Origin: an uncultured Bacteroidales bacterium
Lineage (GTDB): Bacteria > Bacteroidota > Bacteroidia > Bacteroidales > UBA10428
NCBI GenBank assembly: GCA_964406315.1
Contig: CAYORG010000005.1
Span: 20,802 to 84,801 of the forward strand
DNA length: 64,000 bases
Reading direction: 5' to 3'
Part shown: positions 19,495-30,173 of the stretch, one piece after another
Layout of the letters: each line of letters opens with the position of its first letter
Position numbering within the stretch: position 1 is the stretch's first letter
Translations under genes and position numbers: made by a program
The notes under the pieces: model-generated
Database searches by the model: none
Told to the model about the DNA's origin: nothing
The model's input: the letters and a program-made list of their open reading frames with translations, nothing else

Positions 19495-21174
19495 TTATTT
19501 TGTAAGTTCATTTTCTATAAAATTTCCAAGTTTCAGGTAATTTGAATACAATGCTTCATATTTTTTTGACCTTGTAACATTTGGATGGTATTCTTTTTCG
19601 AAACCACTGCCCATGGATTTCTTTGCACCTTCAAAATTCCCGTACACTTTGCCTGCAACTGCTGCAGCCATTGCAGAGCCTAATGCACAAGCCTGTTCAG
19701 AACGTGCTACAAGTATAGGTTTATTCAATACATCGGCCATTACCTGCATAATATAATCTGATTTTTTAGCGACTCCTCCAATGGCTATAATTCCTTCAAT
19801 TTTAACTCCCTCGTTTATGAACCGCTCAACAATTGCTTTTGCACCGAAGGCAGTTGCTTCTACCAGTGTCTTAAAAATCCGCGGAGCATCAGAACCTAAT
19901 GATAAACCTGTAATAGCCCCTTTCAGATTTTGGTTTGCGTCGGGAGTTCTTCTTCCGTTTAGCCAATCAAGGGCAAGTTCTCCTGTTTCTTCAGGTGCAA
20001 GTTTTTCAGCTTCTGTAGTAAGCTGAGGAATTAAACGATCTGAAATTTCCTGAACTATATTGTCTTTGGTACTTTCATCAATTTGATCTGAAAATTTCAG
20101 TAAATTCTGCAGAGGCCATAAAAGAAGTTCTTTAAACCAGGCATACACATCGCCAAAAGCAGATTGTCCGGCTTCAAGACCAATAAGTCCGGGAATAATG
20201 GAACCATCAACCTGTCCGCAAATACCTTTTACTAGTTTATTATTCAGATCTTCTTTTGGAGCAATCAACATATCGCACGTGGAGGTTCCCATTACTTTGC
20301 AGAGGTAATAAGGTTTTATCTCTGCACCCAGGGCTCCCAGGTGAGCATCGAATGCACCAATTCCAACAATTACTTTGTCAGAAAGTCCCAGTTTTTTTGC
20401 CCATTCTTTTGAAATGGTTCCGGCTTGCTTATCTACAGTATAAGTATCCTGGTAAAGTCTTCCCCGAAGACCTTTTAACAAAGGGTCCAGTTTGATAAGA
20501 AATTCTTCTGAAGGCAGACCATTCCAGTTTTCGTGCCACATAGCTTTATGTCCTGCCGCACATCGACTTCGCCTGATATCTTCAGCTGTCGTTACACCGG
20601 TCAACAATGCAGGTATCCAATCACAGTGTTCTACCCATGAATATGCCGCTTCTCGAACTTTCTTGTCTTCACGTAAAACATGTAAGATTTTTGCCCAGAA
20701 CCATTCCGATGAATAGACACCACCTTCATACATAGTATAGTCTATACCTCCCCAGGATTGTGTAATTTTATTTATTTCATCAGCTTCTTTAACTGCGGTA
20801 TGGTCTTTCCACAACAAAAACATTGCATTCGGATTTTCCTTAAATTCTTCAGTCAAAGAAAGAGGTATACCTTTCTCATTTACTGCTACGGGAGTCGATC
20901 CGGTTGTATCGACAGATATGGCTTTCACATGTTCAGCTACTTCGCTGCCTGCACTTTTAATTATTTCATGAATTGTAAATACAAGTCCATCGATGTAGTC
21001 CAGTGGATGCTGTCTAAACTGGTTATTTGCCGGAACACAGAATTTGCCATTTTCCCAGCGTGGATATATAAATACAGATTCAGCCAATTCTTTGCCATCC
21101 GAGGCGTTCACAAGTATTGACCGGACAGAATCCGTACCATAATCAACACCTATTACATACTGCCTCGAATTCAT
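19495..21174 (-). CDS. araB: Ribulokinase (FGGY family)
   Basis: 559 aa. N-terminal IGVDYGTDSVR and FGGY C-terminal motifs (GGVAKKS). Length and neighbourhood are typical of AraB. Confidence 0.9.
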   Translation of the reverse strand: MNSRQYVIGVDYGTDSVRSILVNASDGKELAESVFIYPRWENGKFCVPANNQFRQHPLDYIDGLVFTIHEIIKSAGSEVAEHVKAISVDTTGSTPVAVNEKGIPLSLTEEFKENPNAMFLLWKDHTAVKEADEINKITQSWGGIDYTMYEGGVYSSEWFWAKILHVLREDKKVREAAYSWVEHCDWIPALLTGVTTAEDIRRSRCAAGHKAMWHENWNGLPSEEFLIKLDPLLKGLRGRLYQDTYTVDKQAGTISKEWAKKLGLSDKVIVGIGAFDAHLGALGAEIKPYYLCKVMGTSTCDMLIAPKEDLNNKLVKGICGQVDGSIIPGLIGLEAGQSAFGDVYAWFKELLLWPLQNLLKFSDQIDESTKDNIVQEISDRLIPQLTTEAEKLAPEETGELALDWLNGRRTPDANQNLKGAITGLSLGSDAPRIFKTLVEATAFGAKAIVERFINEGVKIEGIIAIGGVAKKSDYIMQVMADVLNKPILVARSEQACALGSAMAAAVAGKVYGNFEGAKKSMGSGFEKEYHPNVTRSKKYEALYSNYLKLGNFIENELTK

Positions 21175-21183
21175 AAAAAAAGA

Positions 21184-22728
21184 TTATTTTGTTTGAAGTG
21201 TTACTAATACAATTGATTTTGCAGGAAGAGTTGCTGTGATATTTTGATTTTTCTGTTTCAAATCATCGAATTTTTTTAAGCATACTGCTTCTTCTTTGCC
21301 AAAATCATTATAAGCATTCATTTCATTGGCTGTTATTATTTCAGAAGAAATTACTTTATATTCTTCAATACCTTCCAGTGTGAGAATTGTTGCTATTTCT
21401 TTGTTTGGATTTACATTTGTAACCGTGACATGAATTAAACTTTCATTCTTTGAAGCAGAAACAGATAGTGCCGGTATGCTGTTTTCTTTATTTATGTAAT
21501 CTTCACATACAACTTCAGTAGGCAATAGCAGAGCATCATGATGGACTTTATACATCTTAAAAACATAAAATGATGGTGTTTTTACTATCAGGTCACCTTG
21601 TGTAAGAAGCATTGCCTGCAATACGTTTACTGTTTGCGCAATGTTTGCCATTTTCACGCGATCAGCGTGATTATTAAAAATATTAAGGTATATTGAAGCT
21701 GTAATCGCATCCCTCAGTGTGTTCTGCTGATATAGGAGTCCCGGATTGATGCCAGGTTCAGGATCATGCCAGTTTCCCCATTCATCTGCTATAAGTGCTA
21801 TTTTATTGTCCGGATCATATTGTTCGAATAATTCAATATGCCCTTTTAAATTCTCCTCCATTTCCATGTTTTTCCGGATTGTGGAAAACCATTCACTTTC
21901 ATCAAAATCTGTTGCTGATCCTTTTTTATCCCATGTATGGCAAACAGTATAGTGGTGGTAGGAAATGCCCTGAATGAGATGAGTGACATCTTTTGTGCCT
22001 TTCAATAGGGTCTCGGTCCAGTTATAATCATGATTTAATCCTCCGCTTGCCACCTTATAATCTGCCCAGCAATAGGTTGCATAACGTTTATACAGATCCG
22101 TATAATAAGCTGCAGTCATGTTTCCGCCACAACCCCAGTTTTCATTTCCGATTCCCCAAAACTTGACATTCCAGGGGTTCTCACGACCATTCTTTCTCCG
22201 AAGATCGGCCATCGGACTTGCTTTATCGGAATTCACATATTCAATCCAGTCGTATGCATCTTCAATACTACCACTTCCCACATTAATAGCCAGGTAAGGT
22301 TCTGTTTCAAGTATTTCGCAAAGATCAAGAAATTCATGAGTGCCGAAACTATTATCTTCACGAACATCACCCCAAAATTTATTAATTATAGGTGGACGTT
22401 CATCTTTGAGGCCTATACCATCTTTCCATTGGTACAGATCGGCATAACACCCCCCGGGCCACCGCAATACCGGAATATCCAATTCTTTCAATGCATCAAT
22501 TACATCGTTTCGAATACCACGGGTATTTGGAATGTCTGTATCTTCGCCTACCCATATACCATTATATATGCAACGTCCCAGATGTTCAGCAAAATGACCA
22601 TAGATGTACCTGCTAATAGTGTCTTTGGCTTCTTTTGTTTTGATAATGATCTTATTTTCCTGCCCTATGACAAGCGAGAAAAAGAAAATTGAAGCAATAA
22701 GTAAGAGTGTTTTTTTATTAGTTTTCAT
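21184..22728 (-). CDS. Alpha-L-arabinofuranosidase, GH51
   Basis: RWPGGCYAD, the acid/base block FWGIGNENWGCGG and the nucleophile block ALIADEWGNW. I placed the start at MKTNKKTLLLIASIFF (ATG 22728); the ORF-track start at 22881 would overlap araD by 134 nt. Confidence 0.85.
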   Translation of the reverse strand: MKTNKKTLLLIASIFFFSLVIGQENKIIIKTKEAKDTISRYIYGHFAEHLGRCIYNGIWVGEDTDIPNTRGIRNDVIDALKELDIPVLRWPGGCYADLYQWKDGIGLKDERPPIINKFWGDVREDNSFGTHEFLDLCEILETEPYLAINVGSGSIEDAYDWIEYVNSDKASPMADLRRKNGRENPWNVKFWGIGNENWGCGGNMTAAYYTDLYKRYATYCWADYKVASGGLNHDYNWTETLLKGTKDVTHLIQGISYHHYTVCHTWDKKGSATDFDESEWFSTIRKNMEMEENLKGHIELFEQYDPDNKIALIADEWGNWHDPEPGINPGLLYQQNTLRDAITASIYLNIFNNHADRVKMANIAQTVNVLQAMLLTQGDLIVKTPSFYVFKMYKVHHDALLLPTEVVCEDYINKENSIPALSVSASKNESLIHVTVTNVNPNKEIATILTLEGIEEYKVISSEIITANEMNAYNDFGKEEAVCLKKFDDLKQKNQNITATLPAKSIVLVTLQTK

Positions 22729-22747
22729 CGTATTAAATAAGTTTAGA

Positions 22748-23440
22748 TTAGCATTTTTTTTGTCCGTAATATGCATTTTTACCGTGCTTTCGCAGATAGT
22801 GTTTATCAAGCAGGTATTTGTCAACAGGCACTGAATTTCCAAGCATTTCAGTTTGGTACGCCATTTTTGCAACTTCTTCAAGCACTACAGCATTATAAAC
22901 TGCTTCAACAGGATCTTTTCCCCAGGCAAATGGTCCGTGATTGTTAACCAATACTGCCGGTATGGATGCATAATCCAGATCTCTGAATGTTTCTACAATG
23001 ACCTTCCCGGTATTCTTTTCATATTCTTCTTCTGTTTCTTTCTTTGTCAGTTTTCTTGTACAGGGAATTTCACCATAAAAATGATCTGCATGAGTCGTAC
23101 CATAAGGAGGAATGGATTTTCCGGCTTGTGCCCTGCTTGTAGCCCATTCGCTATGGGTATGCACTATTCCTCCTATAGAATCGAAGTTTTTGTATAAAAT
23201 AAGATGTGTAGGTGTATCACTGGAAGGATTTAATTTGCCTTCAACAACTTTACCTTCCAAATCAACCACAACCAGTTTATCAGGTTTCAGATCCTCATAC
23301 AAAATACCACTTGGCTTAATAACTACCAATCCCTGTTCACGGTCGATTCCACTTACATTGCCCCAGGTAAAGATTACCAGTCCATGCTTTACCAGATCCA
23401 TATTTCCCTGATATACCTGTTCTTTTAATTGCTTAAGCAT
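22748..23440 (-). CDS. araD: L-ribulose-5-phosphate 4-epimerase
   Basis: 230 aa, class II aldolase/adducin fold. Motifs [22 protein letters not shown] and VHTHS. Confidence 0.9.
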   Translation of the reverse strand: MLKQLKEQVYQGNMDLVKHGLVIFTWGNVSGIDREQGLVVIKPSGILYEDLKPDKLVVVDLEGKVVEGKLNPSSDTPTHLILYKNFDSIGGIVHTHSEWATSRAQAGKSIPPYGTTHADHFYGEIPCTRKLTKKETEEEYEKNTGKVIVETFRDLDYASIPAVLVNNHGPFAWGKDPVEAVYNAVVLEEVAKMAYQTEMLGNSVPVDKYLLDKHYLRKHGKNAYYGQKKC

Positions 23441-23450
23441 TTTTAAGATA

Positions 23451-25436
23451 TTACCAGAATAGTAAATAGAAAAGGATAATAACTCCTATTATTACAGCGG
23501 TATTGATTATATCCCACTTCGTTATTCCTGATCTGGTTAATGCCTTGTCCTCAGCACTTGCTGCCTTATAAGTATACTTCAGCTGCGTATCTGATGGTTT
23601 TTTGGTAAGAAGACTAATACCAACAGTAGTCAGGATTGATATGAAGAAAAGGATAATACAAAAATGCAACCAATTAATAGCAGCTATTTTATATAAAATT
23701 CCATGATTTGAAATGAACAGTGTTTCATATTGCATCTTAAGATTGGTTAAAATGGAGTTGGACTTATCAATTGCTTCAGGACCGATACTGTTAGAGAGTG
23801 TATTAATCACCTGACCAACTTGTTCCTTAATAGGCTCGACAACTGATGAATTGCCAATTTTCTGAAGTTCGTCTTCCTTGATCATATTTGCAAGTCCCTC
23901 AATTACCTGGCCTCTTCTTGTTTCGTTAACTATTGCAATTTGCTGTCTGAACTTTTCGAGTGAGCTTATTAAGCTGGCCTTGGCACCATAGATGACATTC
24001 AGAGCTAAGCGGAACATTCCTATAGAAAATCCTGTTATCATTCCCCAGAAAGCACCTTTCGCGGTTGTTCTTCTCCAAAAGACACCTAAAAGAAATACCG
24101 ATGCAATAGCCGGTGCCAGTAAACCTTGCACAGCTTGTAAATACTCATAAAGCACCTTGCCCAATCCCATCATTACAGGAATCCATACAACACCCAGAAC
24201 AACAACTGTAGCAGTTGCAATACGACCTACAATTACATAATGCCTTTCTTTAAAATTAGGCCTGTATTTCCGGTAGAAATCTTCAACGAATAGCATAGCA
24301 GAAGAATTGAACAATGATGCCAGGGAACTCATGAGAGCTGCTAATAAACCACAGACAACAATCCCTGTTATTCCGTTAGGCAATAGCTGGGAGACCATTG
24401 ATGCAAAGGCAGCGTCGCTGGTTGGTACTTTCAGAAGAGCAACTCCTGTTTCAGGATCAACCTTTTGAGTAAGCGCAAAAGCAATCATACCAGGAACAAG
24501 AAAAATGAAAACAGGCAATAGTTTAAAATAACCTGCAAGTATGGCTCCTTTACGGGCAACAGCACGATTCTTTCCTGACAACACCCTTTGAACAATGAAC
24601 TGGTCGGTACACCAATACCAAAAACCGATTATGGCAGATCCCAACAAGACACCTGTCCATGGGAATTCAGGATCTGCAGCAGATCTGACCAATTTGAGAT
24701 TCGGGCCAACAATTCTTTCAACTTCTGCCCAGCCGCCGACCTTTACAAGGCCAACGATAAGTATCACAATCGATCCAAAGAGAAGAACCGGTGTCTGTAA
24801 TACGGACGTATACAATACAGCTCTCATCCCACCGAATATGGTGTAAAGACCAGTAATCACAACCAAACCGATTGCAGCTACCCAAAAGAAATCAATATGA
24901 AAAGAATAGCTGAGTGTTTCCATAGCTCCTTGTTCTGCCTGCAATTGCGTAACAATACCCCATCCTTCATTACTGTGAATAAGGTATTCTACATTGAAGA
25001 CTTCTTTGAAAACTACTCCTCCGGCATAGACCGTAACTGCAACTTTTGTCAGTATATAACTAACCAGTGAGATAACAGATAGAATTGTTCTGGAACCCCG
25101 TGAGAATCTTCTTTCAAGAAATTCGGGCATGGTAAAGATCTTGATCCTGTCGTAAAACGGGACAAACACCCATCCCAAAATAAGAATCAACCAGGCATGC
25201 ATTTCCCAGTGCGCCATTGCCATACCAGTTAAAAATCCGGCACCGGCAAGACCAACCAAATGCTCTGAGCCAATATTTGAAGCAAAAATCGATGAGCCGA
25301 TGGAAAGCCATCCTGCTTTTTTGCCTGCAAGAAAATAATCTTTTGTGGTTTCTTCTTTTTGTCTGAGTACCCAGATAATGATACCAATAAGCACGATGAA
25401 GAAGATTCCCAGTACAATCCAATCTAATTGATGCAT
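23451..25436 (-). CDS. Sodium:solute symporter (SSF/SGLT family), probable arabinose transporter
   Basis: 661 aa, about 14 TM helices. SSF N-terminal pattern ([33 protein letters not shown]). It has a long soluble loop before the last helix, as in SGLT-type members. Confidence 0.85.
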   Translation of the reverse strand: MHQLDWIVLGIFFIVLIGIIIWVLRQKEETTKDYFLAGKKAGWLSIGSSIFASNIGSEHLVGLAGAGFLTGMAMAHWEMHAWLILILGWVFVPFYDRIKIFTMPEFLERRFSRGSRTILSVISLVSYILTKVAVTVYAGGVVFKEVFNVEYLIHSNEGWGIVTQLQAEQGAMETLSYSFHIDFFWVAAIGLVVITGLYTIFGGMRAVLYTSVLQTPVLLFGSIVILIVGLVKVGGWAEVERIVGPNLKLVRSAADPEFPWTGVLLGSAIIGFWYWCTDQFIVQRVLSGKNRAVARKGAILAGYFKLLPVFIFLVPGMIAFALTQKVDPETGVALLKVPTSDAAFASMVSQLLPNGITGIVVCGLLAALMSSLASLFNSSAMLFVEDFYRKYRPNFKERHYVIVGRIATATVVVLGVVWIPVMMGLGKVLYEYLQAVQGLLAPAIASVFLLGVFWRRTTAKGAFWGMITGFSIGMFRLALNVIYGAKASLISSLEKFRQQIAIVNETRRGQVIEGLANMIKEDELQKIGNSSVVEPIKEQVGQVINTLSNSIGPEAIDKSNSILTNLKMQYETLFISNHGILYKIAAINWLHFCIILFFISILTTVGISLLTKKPSDTQLKYTYKAASAEDKALTRSGITKWDIINTAVIIGVIILFYLLFW

Positions 25437-25469
25437 TTTGTTAAGGTTTTAAATGATTAAGGTTACTAT

Positions 25470-26975
25470 TTATCTAGGTTGAATATGATAATATACATCA
25501 TTCCACCTGATTGTATTTTTAAAATCAATAATATTGGTTTTTTCATCAATAACCAAATGTTCAATTCCAGCCATTTCAGAGAAATCCTGGATCATTTCGG
25601 TTGTAGCTGCCTGACTAAATACTGTGTGATGTGCGCCCCCTGCGTAGATCCATGCTGCTGCCGCAATTTCCAGATTAGGTTTCGGTTCCCATAAAACTCT
25701 TGCTACCGGTAATTTTGGTAAATCCTGTGGTGTTGGTACAACATGAACTTTATTTGTGAGTAATCTGAACCTGTTGCCCATGTCCATAATGGAAACATTA
25801 ATCGCCGGACCCGATGGCACATCGAAAAGCAAGCGTGCCGGATCACTTTTACCTCCAATTCCTAATGGAAAAACATCCAATGAAGGTTTCCCCTTTGCTA
25901 TAGATTCACAAATTTCCAGCATGTGGGCTCCCAATACTTTCATACCTGAAGGATCAAAATGATAGGTATAATCTTCCATGAAGGAAGTACCTCGATCTGC
26001 ACCTTCAGTCATTGCCTTAACAACTCTGACCATCGCTGAAGTTTTCCAATCGCCTTCAGCTCCGAAACCATACCCTTGTTTCATCAATCGCTGAACTGCT
26101 AATCCGGGCAATTGAACAAGTCCGTGCAGATCTTCAAAAGTTGTAGTGAAGGCTTTAAATCCTCCGTCAACGAGAAACTGCTTGATTCCCAGCTCAATTC
26201 TTGCGGCTTCAATTACTGATTGTCTTTTTGTTCCAACTTTAAGCAGCTCTTTATTTATCGTATACTCCGATTCATATTCTTCAAGAAGGGAGTTAATGGC
26301 TTTTTCAGATACACCATTTACCGAGTCTACCAAATCACCAACGCCATAACCATATACTGCACAGCCCAGTTTTATCTGAGCTTCTACTTTATCTCCCTCG
26401 GTTACTGCCACCTCTCGCATATTGTCACCAAAACGTACAATTTTCATTGTATTCATTTCATTCCAGCCAACAGCAACTCTTATCCAATCTGCAAGTTGTT
26501 TCTGAATCTTTTTTTCTTTCCAGAAGCCTACAATAACTTTCCTGTTAATGCCCATCCGGCTCAGTATAAATCCATATTCTCGCCCTCCATGTGCCGATTG
26601 ATTCAAGTTCATAAAGTCCATGTCAATTTCGTTCCATGGAATATCACGGTTGAATTGTGTATGCAAATGTACAATCGGTTTTTGAAGTATTTGAATACCT
26701 GAAATCCACATTTTTGCAGGTGAAAAAGTATGCATCCAGGTAATCAGACCAATGCATTCCTTAGTATTATTTGCTTCCAGACACAGATTATAAATAGAAT
26801 CCGGAGTAGTAACAACAGGTTTAAATACTGTTTTAACAGGGATCGTATCTGATTCATTAAAAGCATTGACTATTGCCTGTGAATCTGATGCAACTTGTTT
26901 TAAGGTTTCCTCACCATATAAATGCTGACTGCCGGTTACAAACCAAATTTCTTTGTTTTTAAAAATTTTATTCAC
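25470..26975 (-). CDS. araA: L-arabinose isomerase
   Basis: 501 aa. The N-terminus [20 protein letters not shown] and overall collinearity match AraA. Confidence 0.95.
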   Translation of the reverse strand: MNKIFKNKEIWFVTGSQHLYGEETLKQVASDSQAIVNAFNESDTIPVKTVFKPVVTTPDSIYNLCLEANNTKECIGLITWMHTFSPAKMWISGIQILQKPIVHLHTQFNRDIPWNEIDMDFMNLNQSAHGGREYGFILSRMGINRKVIVGFWKEKKIQKQLADWIRVAVGWNEMNTMKIVRFGDNMREVAVTEGDKVEAQIKLGCAVYGYGVGDLVDSVNGVSEKAINSLLEEYESEYTINKELLKVGTKRQSVIEAARIELGIKQFLVDGGFKAFTTTFEDLHGLVQLPGLAVQRLMKQGYGFGAEGDWKTSAMVRVVKAMTEGADRGTSFMEDYTYHFDPSGMKVLGAHMLEICESIAKGKPSLDVFPLGIGGKSDPARLLFDVPSGPAINVSIMDMGNRFRLLTNKVHVVPTPQDLPKLPVARVLWEPKPNLEIAAAAWIYAGGAHHTVFSQAATTEMIQDFSEMAGIEHLVIDEKTNIIDFKNTIRWNDVYYHIQPR

Positions 26976-27027
26976 TTTTTCGAATTTGTATTAATCATAA
27001 ATAAATAGATTCATTGCCTGCGATATT

Positions 27028-27043
27028 TGTGTTTATAAACACA
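27028..27043. promoter_or_regulatory. Perfect 16-bp palindrome, candidate operator of the ara operon
   Basis: TGTGTTTATAAACACA is its own reverse complement. It lies 53-68 bp upstream of the araA start codon in a 328-bp non-coding region. Function is inferred only. Confidence 0.3.
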
Positions 27044-27303
27044 TTTTAATAAAATCAATTCCGCAGAAGAGTGAATAAAAGTAAAAAATACTTTTTAAAT
27101 TTTATATTTTTCAGAAAATAAAATTTATTTGATAGAGACTAAAACTTGATAATTCCCAGTATAGAGTCATTAAAAAAGGCAGGGAAAATCTTAATTATAA
27201 ACTGATTGCAAGAAAAATACAGAAAAGACACTTCTGAAGATTAAAACAGGATAATCAGAATAATAATGGCTTTAAAATGGGATATACTATCTGATAAAGT
27301 ATT

Positions 27304-30042
27304 CTATTTTTTCTGAAGTTTTTGAATGGTTTTTTTCAATTCAGCTTCTCTTTTTACATATTCAGACCGAAGTTTTTCATTTTCTGCAATCCGTTTGTGG
27401 AGGTCCTCCTGTATTGTCTGCATTTCTTCAAGATTTTGTCTTAATTCTTCCTCCTGGGCCAGCAATTCTTCATTTCTTTGTTTAATTTCCATCTCCATCT
27501 CCATCGATTTTGTCACGTCTTTGGAGATTCCATAAGTGCCAACGATTTCACCTTTCTCGTTGCAAAGTGGCATTTTGGAAGTGCTTACCCATGTAATTCT
27601 TCCGTCAGCATGGGTTTCTTTTTCAATTTTATCAACAATAGGTTTCCCTGTTTTAATGATTTTCATTTCATCTTCGAAAGCAGGTCTTGCATGCTCTTCG
27701 GTGAAGAAATCAAAATCGCTTTTTCCATATAGATCTTCCACTTTTTTCACTTTAAACAGCTTAGCCATAGATTTACTGACTTTGATAAACCTGCTTTCTT
27801 TGTCTTTGAAATAAATCGATTCTTTAGCATTGTTAAGCAAGGTATCCATAAGGGCTTTTTCCTGGACCAATTTGTTTTTTTGTCTTCCCAGTTCTTCCTG
27901 CACTGTCTGCATCTCTTCGAGATTTTGTCTTAATTCTTCCTCCTGGGCTAGCAACTCTTCATTCCTCTGTTTGACTTCCATCTCCATCTCCATCGATTTT
28001 GTAACATCTTTGGAAATTCCGTAAGTACCGACGATTTCACCCTTCTCATTATAAAGAGGCATTTTCGATGTGCTTACCCATGCGATTCTTCCGTCGGCAT
28101 GGGTTTCTTTTTCAAGTTTATCAATGATAGGTTTTCCCGTTTTAATGATGTTCATTTCATCTTCGAAAGCTGGTTTTGCATGCTCTTCGGTGAAAAAATC
28201 AAAATCACTTTTCCCATATAGATCTTCTACTTTTTTGACCTTAAATAGTTTTGCCATGGATTTACTGACTTTGATAAACCTGCTTTCCTTGTCTTTGAAA
28301 TAAATAGTCTCTTTGGCATTGTTGAGCAAGGTATCCATCAGTGCTTTTTCCTGTGCCAACTTGTTCTTTTGTCTTTCCAACTCTTCCTGTACCGTCTGCA
28401 TCTCTTCAAGATTTTGTCGCAACTCCTCATCCTGTGACTGCAGTTCTTCATTCCGTTGTTTAACTTCCTGTTCCATTTCAACGGCGTTGGTTATATCTTT
28501 TGATATTCCAAATGTTCCCACAATCTCACCCTTCTCATTGTATAATGGCATTTTGGAAGTATTCACCCATGTAATTCTTCCGTCGGCATGGGTTTCTTTT
28601 TCTCTTTTATCCAGGATGGGTTTTCCTGTTTTGATGATGTTCATTTCATCTTCAAATGCAGGTTTTGCATGTTCTTCGGTGAAAAAATCAAAATCATTTT
28701 TCCCATATAGATCTTCTACTTTTTTGACCTTAAAAAGTTTTGCCATGGAGTTGCTGGCTTTGATAAATCTGCTTTCCTTGTCTTTAAAATAAATAGATTC
28801 TTTTGCATTGACAAGCAAAGTATCCATGAGGGTCTTTTCCTGCGTCAATTCGTCTTTTTGTCGCTGCAATTCTTCCTGGACACTTTGCATTTCCTCCATA
28901 TTTTGCCTCAATTCTTCCTCCTGTGCATGCAATTCTTCAGTTTGTGCTTCCGACTGTTCTAGCATGAGTTTCATTTTATCTGTTGCAGATTGAATGGCAA
29001 TAGCAGATGCAATATTGTAGGCAAGTTTTTCAATAAATTCAATTTTATAATTTTCCAGTTTATGGAAAGAAGCTATCTCAATAACACCGAGTTTATTTTC
29101 ATCCTGGACGAGGGGTATGAAAACTATATTCTTTGGTGAACTTTTTCCCAAACCGGATTCTATTTTAGTATAGGTATCAGGTATGTTTTCCAACTCCATT
29201 GTCTTTCCTTCATTAAAACACGTTCCAATATATCCTTCCCCTGGTTTGAAGGTACTTTTTATCTTGGTCTGATCTGTTGCATATGAGTTCAGTACCTGCA
29301 AAGTATTTTTATCTTCATTTAAGAGGTAAATTACACCTGAATTGCCACTGATATAGCCTACAAGTTCATAGATAAGATGCTGTCCCAGCTTTTTCAGATC
29401 TTCCTTGTTTTTTGAGATAATATCTGAAAACTTTGACAGACCAACGGCTTGAAATTTAAGTTCTTCTTCTTTTTCAAACTTATCCTTATATTCCAGTTCC
29501 TTTTTTTCAAAGTCCATTTCGCGTTCTTTAAGAAGCGATTGGAGTTCTTTGTTTTGTTTCTTTATTTCTTTCTCACGATCTTTTATTTTTTCAACAATAT
29601 CCAGGTGAAACTTATAGGCAAATGGACTGACAAGTAATATTAGGATAAGTGTGAACCACCATTTTTGATAAAAGCGGATCTTCTTTGCAGTAACAGATTC
29701 TTTTTTTTCTGGTAAAGCAGTTAAATTTGCTTCATCACGAATGGTATCTGCAGTTTTTTTGGTTTCTGTCTGAATAAATCCTGAAGATGAGTCAATAAAA
29801 GCCGTATCCAAAGTCGTCTCAGTTATTACTGCAGATTCGACCTGCAGGTTATAGGAATCTGTTTCTGTGACGTTATCAGAAATTGACACATTCATTTCAT
29901 TGAATGGATCTTCTTCAAAAAGTATAGTATCCTGAAAATCTTGTGCCGATGTTGTATAGCTTATATATAGCAATACATAAAGAAAAATTATTTTAAGAGC
30001 TCTGTGATAAAAAACCATTGCCGGATATGTTTTTTGTTCCAC
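27304..30042 (-). CDS. Membrane-anchored sensor: short extracytoplasmic segment, TM, coiled coil, GAF domain, three coiled-coil+PAS modules; no recognisable output domain
   Basis: 912 aa. Signal/anchor, then a second TM helix (WWFTLILILLVSPFAYKF). GAF-like region around aa 215-350 (GYISGNSGVIYLL...GVIEIASF). Three 163-aa units follow, each EELRQNxEEMQxVQEEL plus a PAS-like core (SIYFKDKESRFIK...HADGRITWV...GEIVGTxGISKD). Confidence 0.75.
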   Translation of the reverse strand: MEQKTYPAMVFYHRALKIIFLYVLLYISYTTSAQDFQDTILFEEDPFNEMNVSISDNVTETDSYNLQVESAVITETTLDTAFIDSSSGFIQTETKKTADTIRDEANLTALPEKKESVTAKKIRFYQKWWFTLILILLVSPFAYKFHLDIVEKIKDREKEIKKQNKELQSLLKEREMDFEKKELEYKDKFEKEEELKFQAVGLSKFSDIISKNKEDLKKLGQHLIYELVGYISGNSGVIYLLNEDKNTLQVLNSYATDQTKIKSTFKPGEGYIGTCFNEGKTMELENIPDTYTKIESGLGKSSPKNIVFIPLVQDENKLGVIEIASFHKLENYKIEFIEKLAYNIASAIAIQSATDKMKLMLEQSEAQTEELHAQEEELRQNMEEMQSVQEELQRQKDELTQEKTLMDTLLVNAKESIYFKDKESRFIKASNSMAKLFKVKKVEDLYGKNDFDFFTEEHAKPAFEDEMNIIKTGKPILDKREKETHADGRITWVNTSKMPLYNEKGEIVGTFGISKDITNAVEMEQEVKQRNEELQSQDEELRQNLEEMQTVQEELERQKNKLAQEKALMDTLLNNAKETIYFKDKESRFIKVSKSMAKLFKVKKVEDLYGKSDFDFFTEEHAKPAFEDEMNIIKTGKPIIDKLEKETHADGRIAWVSTSKMPLYNEKGEIVGTYGISKDVTKSMEMEMEVKQRNEELLAQEEELRQNLEEMQTVQEELGRQKNKLVQEKALMDTLLNNAKESIYFKDKESRFIKVSKSMAKLFKVKKVEDLYGKSDFDFFTEEHARPAFEDEMKIIKTGKPIVDKIEKETHADGRITWVSTSKMPLCNEKGEIVGTYGISKDVTKSMEMEMEIKQRNEELLAQEEELRQNLEEMQTIQEDLHKRIAENEKLRSEYVKREAELKKTIQKLQKK
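27403..28941 (-). repeat. Intragenic tandem repeat, 3 full units of 489 bp plus a partial fourth
   Basis: The EELRQN motif recurs at residues 376, 539, 702 and 865, an exact 163-aa / 489-bp period. The plus-strand shadow ORFs ending at 27535 and 28024 carry the same peptide 489 bp apart. Units are roughly 85-90% identical in DNA by eye. Confidence 0.9.
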
Positions 30043-30173
30043 CTTAAGTTAAATATTTTTTTACTATCATACGGGATGATATGATAACAATTTTTCATTC
30101 TAATTTATAGTTGATGAAGAAACAATTGATATAATTTTGCCTGAAATTTTGAAAAATCATCTTTTCCAGCATA

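Noticed and set aside
22729-22881. 51-codon N-terminal extension of the GH51 ORF overlapping araD
   Set aside because: The internal ATG at 22728 yields a normal signal peptide and a 19-nt gap after araD. The extension lies inside araD coding sequence.
27326-28993. Series of plus-strand ORFs with recurring peptides, and a regular ~489-bp periodicity that might suggest a repeat array such as CRISPR
   Set aside because: The periodicity is a coding tandem duplication of a coiled-coil+PAS module on the minus strand. The units are 489 bp with no short repeat/spacer structure, and the plus-strand ORFs are antisense shadows.
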